Below the pieces are notes generated by a model, which made no database searches, was not told where the DNA came from, and saw only the letters and a list, made by a program, of their open reading frames with translations. This document shows positions 32,989 to 43,480 of a DNA stretch of 64,000 bases, piece by piece. How positions within the stretch are numbered: position 1 is the first letter of the stretch; each line of letters starts with the position of its first letter. The position numbers were made by a program, and so were the translations under genes. Source of the stretch: an uncultured Methanoregulaceae archaeon (lineage in GTDB: Archaea > Halobacteriota > Methanomicrobia > Methanomicrobiales > Methanospirillaceae); the NCBI GenBank assembly GCA_963705255.1, contig OY970061.1:32001-96000 (forward strand), written 5' to 3'.

Positions 32989-34246
32989 ATGGTTTCCCGG
33001 CCGTCCCTTGTCCTGCGGAATGTCTCTGTTCCTGGCGGGAGTACTGCAGACATCACGATAACGGACGGGCATGTCAGCCATACCGGCGCCGCCCTTCCGG
33101 CAGAGCGGATCCTGGACTGCACCGGGCTTTTCGTCCTCCCTGCAGCGGTCGATATGCACGTGCACATGCGGGGCGGGCGGCAGTCTGCAAAAGAAGACTG
33201 GGGCAGCGGGAGCAGGAGCGCCCTTGCCGGCGGGGTAACGGTCGTCGTGGACCAGCCCAACACCATCCCGCCGCTCACCACGCCGGATGCACTCAGGGCC
33301 CGGGTCCTTGAGGCAAAGTCAGGGTCGCTCTGCCATTTCGCGATTAACAGCGGCGTGACCCACGATACGCCGCTCAAAGCCATGTGGAGTGCCGGCGCGA
33401 TGGCGTTCGGGGAGACTTTTTTTGGACCGTCGAGTTATGGAGACGCGATAACCCCGCAGGAACTCACCAGTGCGCTGGGGGAGATCAACCGCCTCGGTGC
33501 CCTCGCAACCATCCACGCGGAAGAGATTGTACCTTCCGCCGATGAAAGCCTCGTCTCCCATGACAGGGCCAGGCCGGCTGCAGGGGAACTGCGGGCCGTC
33601 GGGGCTGTCCGCAGCTGCAACACGGCCGGCTGCAGGCTGCATTTCTGCCATATGAGTACAAAATCCGCGGTTGGAGCAGCAACGGGGAGCGTTGAGGTGA
33701 CTCCGCACCACCTGTTCCTCTCCCTCGAACAGCCCAGTACCCCCACTGCGTTCTGCAAGGTAAACCCCCCGATCAGGACAGAGAAAGAGCGCAGGGATCT
33801 CTGGAGCGTGTGGGAGCGGATCGATGTCATCGCCTCTGACCATGCCCCGCATACCCGTTCCGAGAAAGAGCAGCCCTTCGCTGCAGCCCCGTCAGGTATT
33901 CCGGGTGTGGAGACCATGGTGCCGCTCCTCATGGCTGAAGTCCTGAACAGGAAGATCAGCCTGCAGGACGTGATCAGGAAGACGTCAGCGAATCCCGCTT
34001 CTCTGCTGGGGATCCCCCGGCCGGATTCGCACTAGGAGACCGCGGGGATTTCGCATTGTATCCGAAAGGTGCTGCCCCGATCGATCCTGACAATCTTCAC
34101 AGTAAATGCGGCTGGACACCGTTCGAAGGGCTGCCCGCGGTCTTCCCCGGCTCGTTGTCATGGGGGGGGTGGTCGTGTACGAGGAAGGGGAATTTTCTCC
34201 CGGTAACCCCTTGTGGCTGGCAGGTAACGGGTTTTTTCCACCATAG
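32989..34246 (+). CDS. pyrC: Dihydroorotase (frameshifts ~34015 and ~34148)
   Basis: DMHVHMR, GGVT, PNT.P, EVTPHHL, KVNPP, ASDHAPH. The C-terminus SKCGWTPFEG lies in shifted frames. Confidence 0.88.
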
Positions 34247-34516
34247 GCCCTGACGGTGTCCCGTGGGGTACGCCGCGGGATGTCCCTTCCGAAATGCTCA
34301 AGATTCCCGGCGCCGATACTATAATGCCGATACAGCGCTCCCATAGGTCCCCGGGTGATCGATTGACAAGCGTCTGGACGTGATCCATGGGACAACCCGG
34401 GTGCGCGACAGGCACTGCCCGGCAGAGGGTTTTTTCACAGGTGAAGGACGGCAGCAGCCACTGGTGATCCATGTGCGTTTATGCCGGGCAACATTTCCTC
34501 TCTCCACGGAGTACCT

Positions 34517-34834
34517 ATGCCGGATTTCGCAGACGCTCTTTCTGAAGACCGGGATGGTACCCTGATCGCGATCGAAGTCACCGCCGGCGCCGGGAGCGAG
34601 GCATTTCCTGCAGGCTACAATGCATGGCGGAAGATGATCGGCTGCCGTGTTTCAGCACCCGCGCTGGAGGGGAGGGCCAACCGTGCCGTCATCGGGCTGG
34701 TATCAACAAAACTGGGTATCCCTTCTTCTTCGGTCAGCATCCTGTCGGGTGCGACCTCGTCCCGGAAACGGATCCTCGTGTCCGGCATGAGGAAAGAGGA
34801 TCTAATCAAACGGCTGAAGAGTTCCCGGATGTAG
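34517..34834 (+). CDS. DUF167/UPF0235 (YggU-like) protein
   Basis: RVSAPALEGRAN, ILSGATSSRK. Confidence 0.85.
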   Translation: MPDFADALSEDRDGTLIAIEVTAGAGSEAFPAGYNAWRKMIGCRVSAPALEGRANRAVIGLVSTKLGIPSSSVSILSGATSSRKRILVSGMRKEDLIKRLKSSRM

Positions 34835-34884
34835 GTTCTGTTTATTCGAGCCCGGAGCAGACCTGATTTTAAAAATCGAAAACG

Positions 34885-35120
34885 GGCTCTGGAGAAATGG
34901 ATGTGAACCAATCGGGTTCACGCTGAAACCATGAATTCGCTAAAATAGTCACATTGGGAGGGCCCCCCGCCTCAGGGCCTCTCCGAGGCACGGCGGGGCA
35001 AGGATATTTTTAGTCACTGATCCGCCGCGGGGGCGCCCCGCCGGGGGCGGCGGCGTTTATCATACTTGTGATGAAGAGGTAGCAACCTTATCAAATCTGA
35101 ATAATATGATTTTCATAAAA
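34885..35120 (+). mobile_element. MITE-like repeat family B, copy B1 (empty scaffold)
   Basis: Starts GGCTCTGGAGAAAT. Scaffold CCCCGCCTCAGGGCCTCTCCGAGGCACGGCGGGGCAAGG..GATCCGCCGCGGGGGCG is shared with 37949 and 56762. Confidence 0.78.
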
Positions 35121-35257
35121 AAAGTCAAAAACAACGTCCGGATGCTCTCGTCCGGCGATGACCCCGAACCTATCCTTTAAGTAATTCCAAACAATATATA
35201 ATTCATACCTATGATCAGGCATTACATCCATCGCATGATACATGGGGGTGCGTTTAC

Positions 35258-36487
35258 TTGTATTCACCGGATACTACCAAGTACCTTATTCACATCAGCC
35301 TCGCCGCAGAGGGGGTGGTCGAGAAACCCGACGTAGTCGGTGCCATATTCGGGCAGACTGAAGGGTTACTCGGCGAAGACCTCGACCTGCGGGATCTCCA
35401 GCGGACAGGGCGTGTGGGCAGAATCGACGTCCAGATTACGAGCAAGAAGGGCGAGACGAAGGGGGAGATCCTGATCTCCACCTCGCTCGACCGGGCAGAG
35501 ACGGCTATCCTTGCCGCATCGCTCGAGACGATCGACCGTGTCGGTCCCTGCGTAGCCCACGTGACCGTGGACTCGGTTGAGGACATAAGGGTTTCCAAGC
35601 GGAAGAAGATCGTCGAGCGGGCCAAGGAGATCCTGATCGACCGGTTTGATGACGGGACCATAGACAGCGACGAGCTGCTTGACGATGTCCGGCAGACCCT
35701 CCGGATAGAGAAGATCGGGTCCATCGGCGAAGAGCGGGCACCGGCCGGCCCGAACGTCCTCGAGTCAGACGCCATCATCATTGTCGAGGGAAGGGCGGAT
35801 GTCCTGAACCTGCTGAGGTATGGCATCAAGAACGCTGTTGCCGTGGAAGGGACCAACATCCCCAAGAGCGTCGTGGAGCTCTGCGAAAAGAAGACCACGA
35901 CCGCGTTCTTTGACGGGGACCGGGGTGGCGAGCTGATCCTCCGGGAACTCCTGCAGGTGGCTGATATCGATTTTGTCGCGTTTTCCCCGAAGGGCAAGAG
36001 TGTCGAGGACATGACCCGGAAGGAGGTCATCAAGACGCTCCGGAACAAGGTCCCCGTCGAATATGTCCGCGACCAGTACTTCGAGACCTCGGCCGAACTC
36101 CCGGGCGATCTCCGGACAACGCGTCCGTCCCTTGAAGATGAGGACGCCCACGAGCGGAAACGGCAGCCTGCAGGGGCCCGTCGCCCGCGTGACACATCGG
36201 GCGGCCCGCTGAGCCTCAGGGAACACATCGAAGACGTGAAAGGGCAGAACCTGGCACGTTTTCTCTCCGATGACCTGTCCGTGGTCAAAGAGTTGCGGTC
36301 AGACGAGGTGGAAAAAGCCATCGAGACGATCGATACTACGGCGACCGGGCTCGTCGTCGACCGTCCCGTGGACCAGAAATTCCTCGACCGCCTGGTCTGG
36401 AAAGGCCTCTCCTATGTTGCGGCAAAGGATTTCAAGGGGATCATCAAGCGCCCCACGGCAATCCGCCTGCTGAAGATGGGGTCGTGA
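35258..36487 (+). CDS. dnaG: Archaeal DnaG-like primase (exosome-associated)
   Basis: [38 protein letters not shown]. Confidence 0.95.
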   Translation: MYSPDTTKYLIHISLAAEGVVEKPDVVGAIFGQTEGLLGEDLDLRDLQRTGRVGRIDVQITSKKGETKGEILISTSLDRAETAILAASLETIDRVGPCVAHVTVDSVEDIRVSKRKKIVERAKEILIDRFDDGTIDSDELLDDVRQTLRIEKIGSIGEERAPAGPNVLESDAIIIVEGRADVLNLLRYGIKNAVAVEGTNIPKSVVELCEKKTTTAFFDGDRGGELILRELLQVADIDFVAFSPKGKSVEDMTRKEVIKTLRNKVPVEYVRDQYFETSAELPGDLRTTRPSLEDEDAHERKRQPAGARRPRDTSGGPLSLREHIEDVKGQNLARFLSDDLSVVKELRSDEVEKAIETIDTTATGLVVDRPVDQKFLDRLVWKGLSYVAAKDFKGIIKRPTAIRLLKMGS

Positions 36488-36547
36488 CGGCCCCACACAA
36501 ATTTATTTATGCTGCACCCGTCCATGTTACTGTCTGGATGTGGACGC

Positions 36548-36829
36548 ATGCACAAAGAGGAACTGATCAACCTTCACCAGATGCTCTCTGAGGTCAAGGA
36601 CTATTTTGAGGAGATCAACCCGGACCTGAAGTTCTCCCAGTACAGTGCACTGAAGATCTCCCCCTCCCAGCAGCACAAGAGCAAGATGGAGCACAAGTAT
36701 GCCATCTTCGTCCTCGGGACTGAGATTGCCAACGCGATGAAGGACGTGGACTATACGTCCTCGAGCAGGATATCGGCACGGATGAAGGAACTTGCCGACA
36801 AGACGCTCAAGGAAATGGATACGGAATAA
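36548..36829 (+). CDS. UPF0058 family protein
   Basis: MHKEELINLHQ..ISP..QHKSKMEHKYAIFVL. Confidence 0.88.
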   Translation: MHKEELINLHQMLSEVKDYFEEINPDLKFSQYSALKISPSQQHKSKMEHKYAIFVLGTEIANAMKDVDYTSSSRISARMKELADKTLKEMDTE

Positions 36830-37004
36830 TCTCTTTTTGTCCCTGGCCGGAACACCGTACTTCCGAAAACAGATTTAATACTCCCGAATGGTAGGCCCAA
36901 TGTCACTTTGCGTACCATCAGGCACGAGGATGCACGGGTTGTGGTTTGGATCAATCAAACGGCTGACTTAACGGGACCGATGTAAAAAATCTCCTGAACG
37001 AACT

Positions 37005-37605
37005 CTATTTTTTTCCGAAACCATAATGTTCCCGTAAAAATTTCCTGACCTTTTCAGACTCCAGATATCTCTCATCAAGCGTGTCAATAATTTTCTCGAT
37101 TATGTTCACCTGATCTGAGATGAGAGCACTTGTATTATCATCAAGCGTTGCAGTATCCAGCAAAATAGCCTGCAAGGGATTTCTGATCTTGTCATTGAGG
37201 ATCAACAACTGTTCCATATTGTGCTCAATCTGCTGGAACGCCTCCCTCTTCAATAGTTCGAGCTGCGTTTTACTGGCCCTGGAACTTTCAGCAAAATGCG
37301 AGATCACAATACCAAGAGAGACAAAGATGAAAAACCATGCAGTGTGAACTGCGATTATCCTCACAGAAAATGTTCCGAACACGTACACGAGTACGATGTA
37401 AACCCAGCCAAGGGCGATCGTGATCAGGATCCCCCTGCGGGGAAAAGCATATGCAGTCAGGAGCACCGGAACAAGGAAAAAATAGGGAAATATGTCATTG
37501 ATGCCATGGGACAGGTCTGAATACAGCAGTCAGTATTACTCCAAGTGAAGTTGCGATGATGAGATATATCCAGATGGTATTTTCATGGATGAAATTATGG
37601 GGCAT
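37005..37605 (-). CDS. Membrane sensor-like protein with degenerate HisKA helix (indels in 5' part)
   Basis: TM helices (AYAFPRRG), IEHNMEQL.ILNDKIRNPL. Paralog of the 7731 ORF without PAS. Confidence 0.65.
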
Positions 37606-37948
37606 TTCTCTCTCACCCTGTCTCATGGCTTGACAATCTACCATTCCTGGTTGTCAGAAACATCTCAAATTGTGGAGTAAGACATCCCCAATATGAATGC
37701 AGCCGAATGAAATGTCACCCGCAGCCCGGTATGCCGGGCCCTGACAGAGGTCTGCCATGGGCGGCATGAAGCGGCAGGTGATGGTACCTGCGCTTATCTC
37801 TAAAATTAAAAAGCGAAACAATATATTATTGTCTATTTGAAATTTTTAATATAGTTGCACTCTTTCCAGATACCGGAAGAACCGGTTCCACATTTATCGG
37901 ACTTTGTAACTACGAACGGTCGGAGACCGTTTAAAATAGTGAATAAAA

Positions 37949-38455
37949 TGCTCTGGAGAAACGGACATGAACCAATAACGTTCACTCCGGAACCATGAAA
38001 ATTGTTCAGTTACGAGAGCTCCCCGCCTCAGGGCCTCTCCGAAGAGTCAATCGTCGCGTCAGCGAGGATTGACTGGAGAAGAATCCTCATGGATTCTTCG
38101 ACTGCTTCATCCTGTACGGATGAAGCAGAGGAAGTTTGGAAAAACTTCCTCTTGCCGAGTCTCGGGAAAGATGAGGCACGGCGGGCAAGGAAGTTGATCC
38201 GCCGCGGGGGCGAGTCGAAAATTATCTATCCGAGAATTTTCTTCAGCCAGCCCCGACCATCTGGTCATGGCTGGCTCCCCGTTGAGGGCAGCGCCGAAGG
38301 CTGTGGAGAAGTGATAACTTCGAGTTCCGAAGAGGTTCATCGGAACCTAGAGGATGAAAAGAACTCGTCAGAGTTCTTCGAGTGCGGCGGCGTTCATCGC
38401 AATGGTAAAAGAGTGACAATCCGCCGTGAGATCTGAATAATACGATTTTCATAGA
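37949..38455 (+). mobile_element. MITE-like repeat family B, copy B2 (three filled slots)
   Basis: B1 scaffold interrupted by hairpin arrays at 38043-38174, ~38213-38276 and ~38290-38385. Confidence 0.8.
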
Positions 38456-38509
38456 AAACGCTTCCCGGATTGAGATACGTTCAAATCCAATAAACAACGA
38501 TTCCCGTTC

Positions 38510-39446
38510 ATGCAGTATTTCACCGATACGGATATGGGACTTGATATCGGGCTCGTCAACCTTGCCGTGGAATCGGCATTCGCAGATCACGGGAGGGGGC
38601 TGGTCCAGATGCCCCCCAAGCTCTACATTACGCTCCCCTCCGGTGATTTCCGTACCATGCCGGCATACCTGCCTTCGCTCGGGATCGCCGGGGTAAAGAT
38701 CGTCAACGTGCACCCGGACAACCCGTCCCGCGACCTCCCGACCGTGATGGCGCTGACGGTGATCCTGGACATCGCGACCGGCCAGCCCGTTGCTGTCATC
38801 AACGCGACACGCCTCACGGACATGCGGACCGGTGCAGCGGGAGCGGTGGCCGCCAAGTACCTCGCCCCGAAAAAAGAGATCGTCCTCGGTGTCATCGGCA
38901 CGGGCAGGCAGGCGGAGGCGCAGGTCGCGGCGATATCCCGGGAGCTGAAGATCCGGACGATCAAGGTCTGGAGCCGCAATCCCGACCATGTGCGGAAGTA
39001 CGCAGACCGCTTCATGGAATACCCGTGTCTTTCCGTCCCGATCGAGAAGGCGTGCGACTGCGATGTGCTGGTGACCACGACGCCATCGCGGGCCCCGATC
39101 GTCAGGAACGAGTGGATCCGTGAAGGAACCCATATCAACGCAATCGGGGCGGACGCCCCCGGGAAAGAGGAGCTCGACCCCGCCATACTCCGGCGGGCAC
39201 AGGTTTTTGTCGATGATCCTGCGCAGGCGGTACATTCCGGGGAGATCAATGTCCCGATAAGCCAGGGAATGTATCGGGAAGCCGACCTTGCCGGGACGCT
39301 CGGCGAAGTGGTGATCGGGAAGAAGAAACGGGCGAGCAAGGATACCATCACCGTCTTCGACTCGACCGGGCTTGCTATCCAGGACCTTGCCATCGCGAAG
39401 ATCGCCATGCAGCACGGGAGAACGTACCGAGCTGCCGTTCCCGTGA
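38510..39446 (+). CDS. ala: Archaeal alanine dehydrogenase (ornithine cyclodeaminase/mu-crystallin family)
   Basis: GDFRTMPAY, RTGAAG, GTGRQA, HINAIGADAPGKEE, FDSTGLAIQD. As sequenced it runs to 39745; probable true end ..ELPFP* at 39446. Confidence 0.88.
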
Positions 39447-39465
39447 GAGCATTATCCGGAGATCG

Positions 39466-39745
39466 AGAGGGGGGTTGGGGGTCTACCCCCCCACTGTTTT
39501 ATTTTTGGGATGGGGGTGACCCCCCCACCCCTCACTCAGTGAGAGGGGTAGCTACCCCCCCTTTGCTGGACATGTGCAGGTTGTGCTTCGCATGGAGTTA
39601 TCGTCGGAGTAGAGATTTTTCGGCCCGTTATTGGTGGAGGGGGTACCCACCCCTCATGTGCCCGGAGGGGTACCCTACCCCCCTACCATTGGGTCCGGAA
39701 GAGGGGGGGGTCCCCTCCCCCACCCCTCCCTCAGCGGGAGGGTAG
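39466..39745. repeat. G/C-tract palindromic repeat cluster (family C)
   Basis: Serial GGGGGT-x-ACCCCC hairpins (GGGGGTCTACCCCC, GGGGGTGACCCCC, GGGGTAGCTACCCC, GGGGTACCC). Confidence 0.65.
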
Positions 39746-39997
39746 TAATCAACTAGTGAGTAGGAAATTTCCCATGAAATTAGTGATGGACGTCGCCGCC
39801 CCTTGGGGACGCCTCTGCTTCGGTTCAGTGACTTTTCATGGTGGGATACAGGTAAGTGAGTAGCGCAAAACCCGACGAGGCGTTTTGCGCGTAGGGCATC
39901 GCTGCGGTCAGATATTTTTTTTAAAGGTAACAATATGTAAGTAAGTTCAAGAAGAGTCACATCAGATCCGTATCTCAGGACAGAGGAATGGATACCC

Positions 39998-40378
39998 GTG
40001 ACACCAGCAAAAAGATCTGAATACGAAGTACAATGGGATACTGCCGGCCTCTTCAGGACTGGACAAATTATCACCGATTTGCAGTATGATTCGGTGAAAG
40101 AAGAGTATGATATCCGGATGAAGGACTGGGCGGACGATGGTCAGCAGACGGGTGAAGGGATCGTTCATATTTCCGGAGGGAAACGGGATGCAATCAAGAG
40201 TTTTCTGGAAGAGAGAAGGTACGTCATAACTCCTGAATACTATCACTACAGTGTTAGGGCACGGGGAAAAAAAGTTGATCCGACGGCCATTTCGCTGAAG
40301 ATCCAGGAACTGGGCTTAAAGTTTCTCTGGGTTCACGTAGTCGGCGGGACCGGTCCCGACCGGGCGCCGGGAAGATAA
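39998..40378 (+). CDS. Hypothetical protein
   Basis: 126-aa protein-like ORF, GTG start. Confidence 0.6.
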   Translation: MTPAKRSEYEVQWDTAGLFRTGQIITDLQYDSVKEEYDIRMKDWADDGQQTGEGIVHISGGKRDAIKSFLEERRYVITPEYYHYSVRARGKKVDPTAISLKIQELGLKFLWVHVVGGTGPDRAPGR

Positions 40379-40397
40379 GGTCGGGGTGAAGCGGTTC

Positions 40398-40976
40398 TCA
40401 TCTCTTCGATATCGACGAGAGCCAGGCACGGGGTCCTTCCGCCCGGGTGCGGCTCTCGAAAATCGCCGGCCTGATGTAATTGATGGTCCACCCGTCCCGG
40501 AAGCTCTCCCGTATCTCCCTCTCTGTTATCCTCCTCGGACCGTATCCGCCGGGCTCCAGTTCGCTGAAGCAGAGCATGAAGTATTTCCCGGCCGGGGACA
40601 GGATGGCTGCAAGGTTATCCACGAAGACCGGGCGGTCTTCATCGGACAGGGTATGGAAGAGCCCTGAATCGGTGGCGGTATCGAACTTCCGGTTGAGCTT
40701 CGAGAGTTCCAGTGTGTTCAGGACAAGAAAATGTACCTGGAGTCCTCTTCCGGCAGCCTTCTCCTTTGCCTTCCGGATCGCCAGGGGGGAGGAGTCGATC
40801 CCCCACACTTCATGCCCTTCCCCTGAGAAGAAGAGGGCGTGCTCCCCGGTCCCGCATCCTATGTCCAGGACAGATCCCGTTATCTCTCCCCTCCGGACCA
40901 GCTCGACGAACTCCTTCTGGGGCCGGCCGATGTCCCAGGGAGGCGTGCCCCGGTATGCCGAGTCAAAGAAATCCAT
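40398..40976 (-). CDS. Class I SAM-dependent methyltransferase
   Basis: PPWDIGRPQ, VLDIGCGTGE, DSGLFH. Confidence 0.92.
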   Translation of the reverse strand: MDFFDSAYRGTPPWDIGRPQKEFVELVRRGEITGSVLDIGCGTGEHALFFSGEGHEVWGIDSSPLAIRKAKEKAAGRGLQVHFLVLNTLELSKLNRKFDTATDSGLFHTLSDEDRPVFVDNLAAILSPAGKYFMLCFSELEPGGYGPRRITEREIRESFRDGWTINYIRPAIFESRTRAEGPRAWLSSISKR

Positions 40977-41253
40977 ACTTGACCATAGCTTCTGATATGC
41001 TTATCAGTATTTGTTCACGAGGGTGCGACCGCGACAAAGGACTGCCTACATGTGGTAATAGTCCGATTTACGGGGGTTGGGAGATGTCCCACTACTAATC
41101 ATGGAATTCACGAGGTTTCGAGTGTCAATCGTCGCGTCTTGCGAGGACTGGTTCGAGGAAGTGGAAACCTTAGAGCCGTTTTGGCGTAGGATACGTGTTT
41201 CATTCACCAAGAACCAACAGAGCGAAGGTATATTTCGTACTTATAAATTAATT

Positions 41254-41877
41254 ATGGCAATAAAAATGGATATAAATTATTTTGGTGAGTGGTCTCAAAA
41301 CGTAGTTATTGGATTATTAACAGGACTCATTAGCGGTATATTTGTTGCTCTATTGTTTATTTTTCCAAACAATCCTTCGATGGTAAGCCCGTATCTTCTT
41401 GCGTTTACTTTAATGATTGCAGTGTTCCTTGTTGCTAATGTAATAATCCAAAGCTACAGAGAGAAAGTTAACCGTACCAAAGGAGTGAGCACACCCGAAA
41501 TTATACCCACACCACCTACGAATGAAAACCTTTCCTTACCCATACCTGGCATTACCAAATCAGATATCGAGTCTTTCTGTAAATCAGTAATCGCATGGAA
41601 AGTTTCAGCAACTGAGAAAGATGAAATATTCCAGTTGTTCAAAGACAACCCATATTATCTCATGGGATATCTCGCATATATCACAAAGGTCAATATCGAT
41701 GAAACGAAAGCCCTCCAGAAGAAGATCATAGCTTTCACATTGGTATCATTGATAATAGCTATGGGATCGATGGTGTTTACGGGATATTCCATTAACCCGG
41801 TATTTTTTATTCCCGGTCTTGGTGTATATGCAATGGTTTTATTCGGGGTATGGTATGTGTTGAAAAAATCCAAGTGA
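41254..41877 (+). CDS. AT-rich membrane hypothetical protein
   Basis: Two pairs of TM helices; start uncertain (41254 or 41266). Confidence 0.65.
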   Translation: MAIKMDINYFGEWSQNVVIGLLTGLISGIFVALLFIFPNNPSMVSPYLLAFTLMIAVFLVANVIIQSYREKVNRTKGVSTPEIIPTPPTNENLSLPIPGITKSDIESFCKSVIAWKVSATEKDEIFQLFKDNPYYLMGYLAYITKVNIDETKALQKKIIAFTLVSLIIAMGSMVFTGYSINPVFFIPGLGVYAMVLFGVWYVLKKSK

Positions 41878-41963
41878 TTTGATTGTTCATAACGACCTGA
41901 TACACTTTTATCCCTTTCCCCCACTCCGATTTTTCATTGGTTATCGAACACCAATAAAATCTC

Positions 41964-42167
41964 TCACTCCACCTTCTCCTTCGCGTGTTTCTTCCAGACC
42001 TGCTCCCGGTACACGGGCCGCTGTTGTAGGTGCAGAAGGGATCAGCTTGCAGGTGTAGCATAGTGGATGCAGCACCGCTGGACCCGCTCGAGATCGTAGT
42101 TGAACTTGTCCAGGAAGTGCATGACGCCGATGAAGAGCGCGTTCCAGTGGAACTCCCTGAGGGCGTC
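41964..42167 (-). pseudogene. Diverged duplicate of the 3' end of tes
   Basis: Aligns to 45002-45211 (DALREFHWNALFIG..CCIHYA..FCTYNSG..VWKKHAKE*), with small deletions. Confidence 0.9.
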
Positions 42168-42216
42168 AACATTGCACTAAATTTTTATAGCATCCTAGAA
42201 ATAATCATTGATCGAG

Positions 42217-42921
42217 ATGCAGATCAAAACGATCATTTTTCTTATTGTCATCATTATCACAGGTTACTTTCTCATCTCTTTTGTATTTGATCCATTCGAT
42301 CATGTTGCCGATTATGACGCCAAAGCAAGTGTTGCAATCGGTGATGCACTTATCTCCGCAAATCAGTCAAATATGTCCATGTACTGGTTTGATCGGGCAT
42401 ATGCAGATCTCCCAAATGATACGGATATTTTGAAAATAAGAGGGGATGCATACCTTCGCAATGGGCAACTCGATCAGGCCAATCAGGCCTTTAATGAGGT
42501 CTTAACCTCCAATAGTACAGACACTGTTGCCCTTCAGAGAACAGGTATGATCCTCACCCGTGAAGGTAACTATAGTGGGGCAGTAACATACTACGATGAG
42601 GTCTTAGCACAAAACCCGAACGATGCAAATACGTTAGACCTGAAAGGAGACGCCCTTTTACTCTCCTCAATAGCCCAGCAGCAGGCCATGCAGGATTATA
42701 CCCAAAATATTTCCAGAGATTTTGGGTCTGGTACGAGTGCCAGTGCCCAATCCTTCGATTCACTTAAGATGATGGATAGCTATCAAGAGGCTGTCCAAAG
42801 TTATAATAAAGCGATGGAGATCAATCCTGGCCTCACCATCCCCATTACCGCGAAAATTATGGGTGCAACAATGAATCAAGTAGACGAATATCAGAAGGTC
42901 TTGAATGATCTCAATTCATAG
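42217..42921 (+). CDS. Membrane-anchored TPR protein
   Basis: N-terminal TM plus TPR motifs; AT-rich. Confidence 0.8.
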   Translation: MQIKTIIFLIVIIITGYFLISFVFDPFDHVADYDAKASVAIGDALISANQSNMSMYWFDRAYADLPNDTDILKIRGDAYLRNGQLDQANQAFNEVLTSNSTDTVALQRTGMILTREGNYSGAVTYYDEVLAQNPNDANTLDLKGDALLLSSIAQQQAMQDYTQNISRDFGSGTSASAQSFDSLKMMDSYQEAVQSYNKAMEINPGLTIPITAKIMGATMNQVDEYQKVLNDLNS

Positions 42922-43070
42922 AAATATTATCGTGATCCGGGAACAGGAAATATGATATCCTGAATTCGTTTTACTCAGTTGCAGAGAAAACTCCTTTGAA
43001 TAACTGAGCACCCGTTCAGCCGGTACCTTTCTCCAGAAAGCCTGTTCTGGAGTCTCGCATTCTTCAACAG

Positions 43071-43465
43071 TTATGAGTGTGACCCCATCTCTCATGTCGA
43101 AGAACCCTGATGAGTTCTTCTTATCCTTTGGTCCTGATGAACCTCTTCGAAAATCGGAGAGGTTTCTCAAAACCTCGACGAGGAGAAGGGAGGCGTGAGC
43201 CGACCTTCGACGTGATCGAAGAACCTGCCATTCTTCTTCAGCCTGCTCTTCCCTTCAAGAACAGCAGTCTCCCCAGTGGGGGAGGCAGCGAAGATGCTAA
43301 CGCATCTTCTCGATTTCGTGATCAGATGACCACTCAATCAGCCCAAGGGGAGCATCCCCTTGAATCTCTGAGAGGTCTTCAGACCTCGAAGAGGAGAAGG
43401 GAGGCAAGAGCCGACCTTCGACCCCTCTTTTTATCCCCCTTCTTTTCAAAAGATTTTTGCTTCAA
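43071..43465 (+). mobile_element. MITE-like repeat family A, copy A3 (expanded, ends truncated)
   Basis: A1 scaffold with a 178-bp hairpin array at 43094-43271. Confidence 0.8.
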
Positions 43466-43480
43466 CGGAATACGCAGTTT

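Noticed and set aside
38002-38436. ORFs inside repeats (38002-38436, 16399-16647, 43110-43502, 56765-56968)
   Set aside because: Frames and stops are not conserved between copies; these are by-products of the repeats.
43097-43155. Hammerhead ribozyme (CTGATGA...GAAA)
   Set aside because: CTGATGA forms the loop and stem of a simple hairpin; there is no stem II before GAAA, and other copies read CTGACGA or CTGTTGA.
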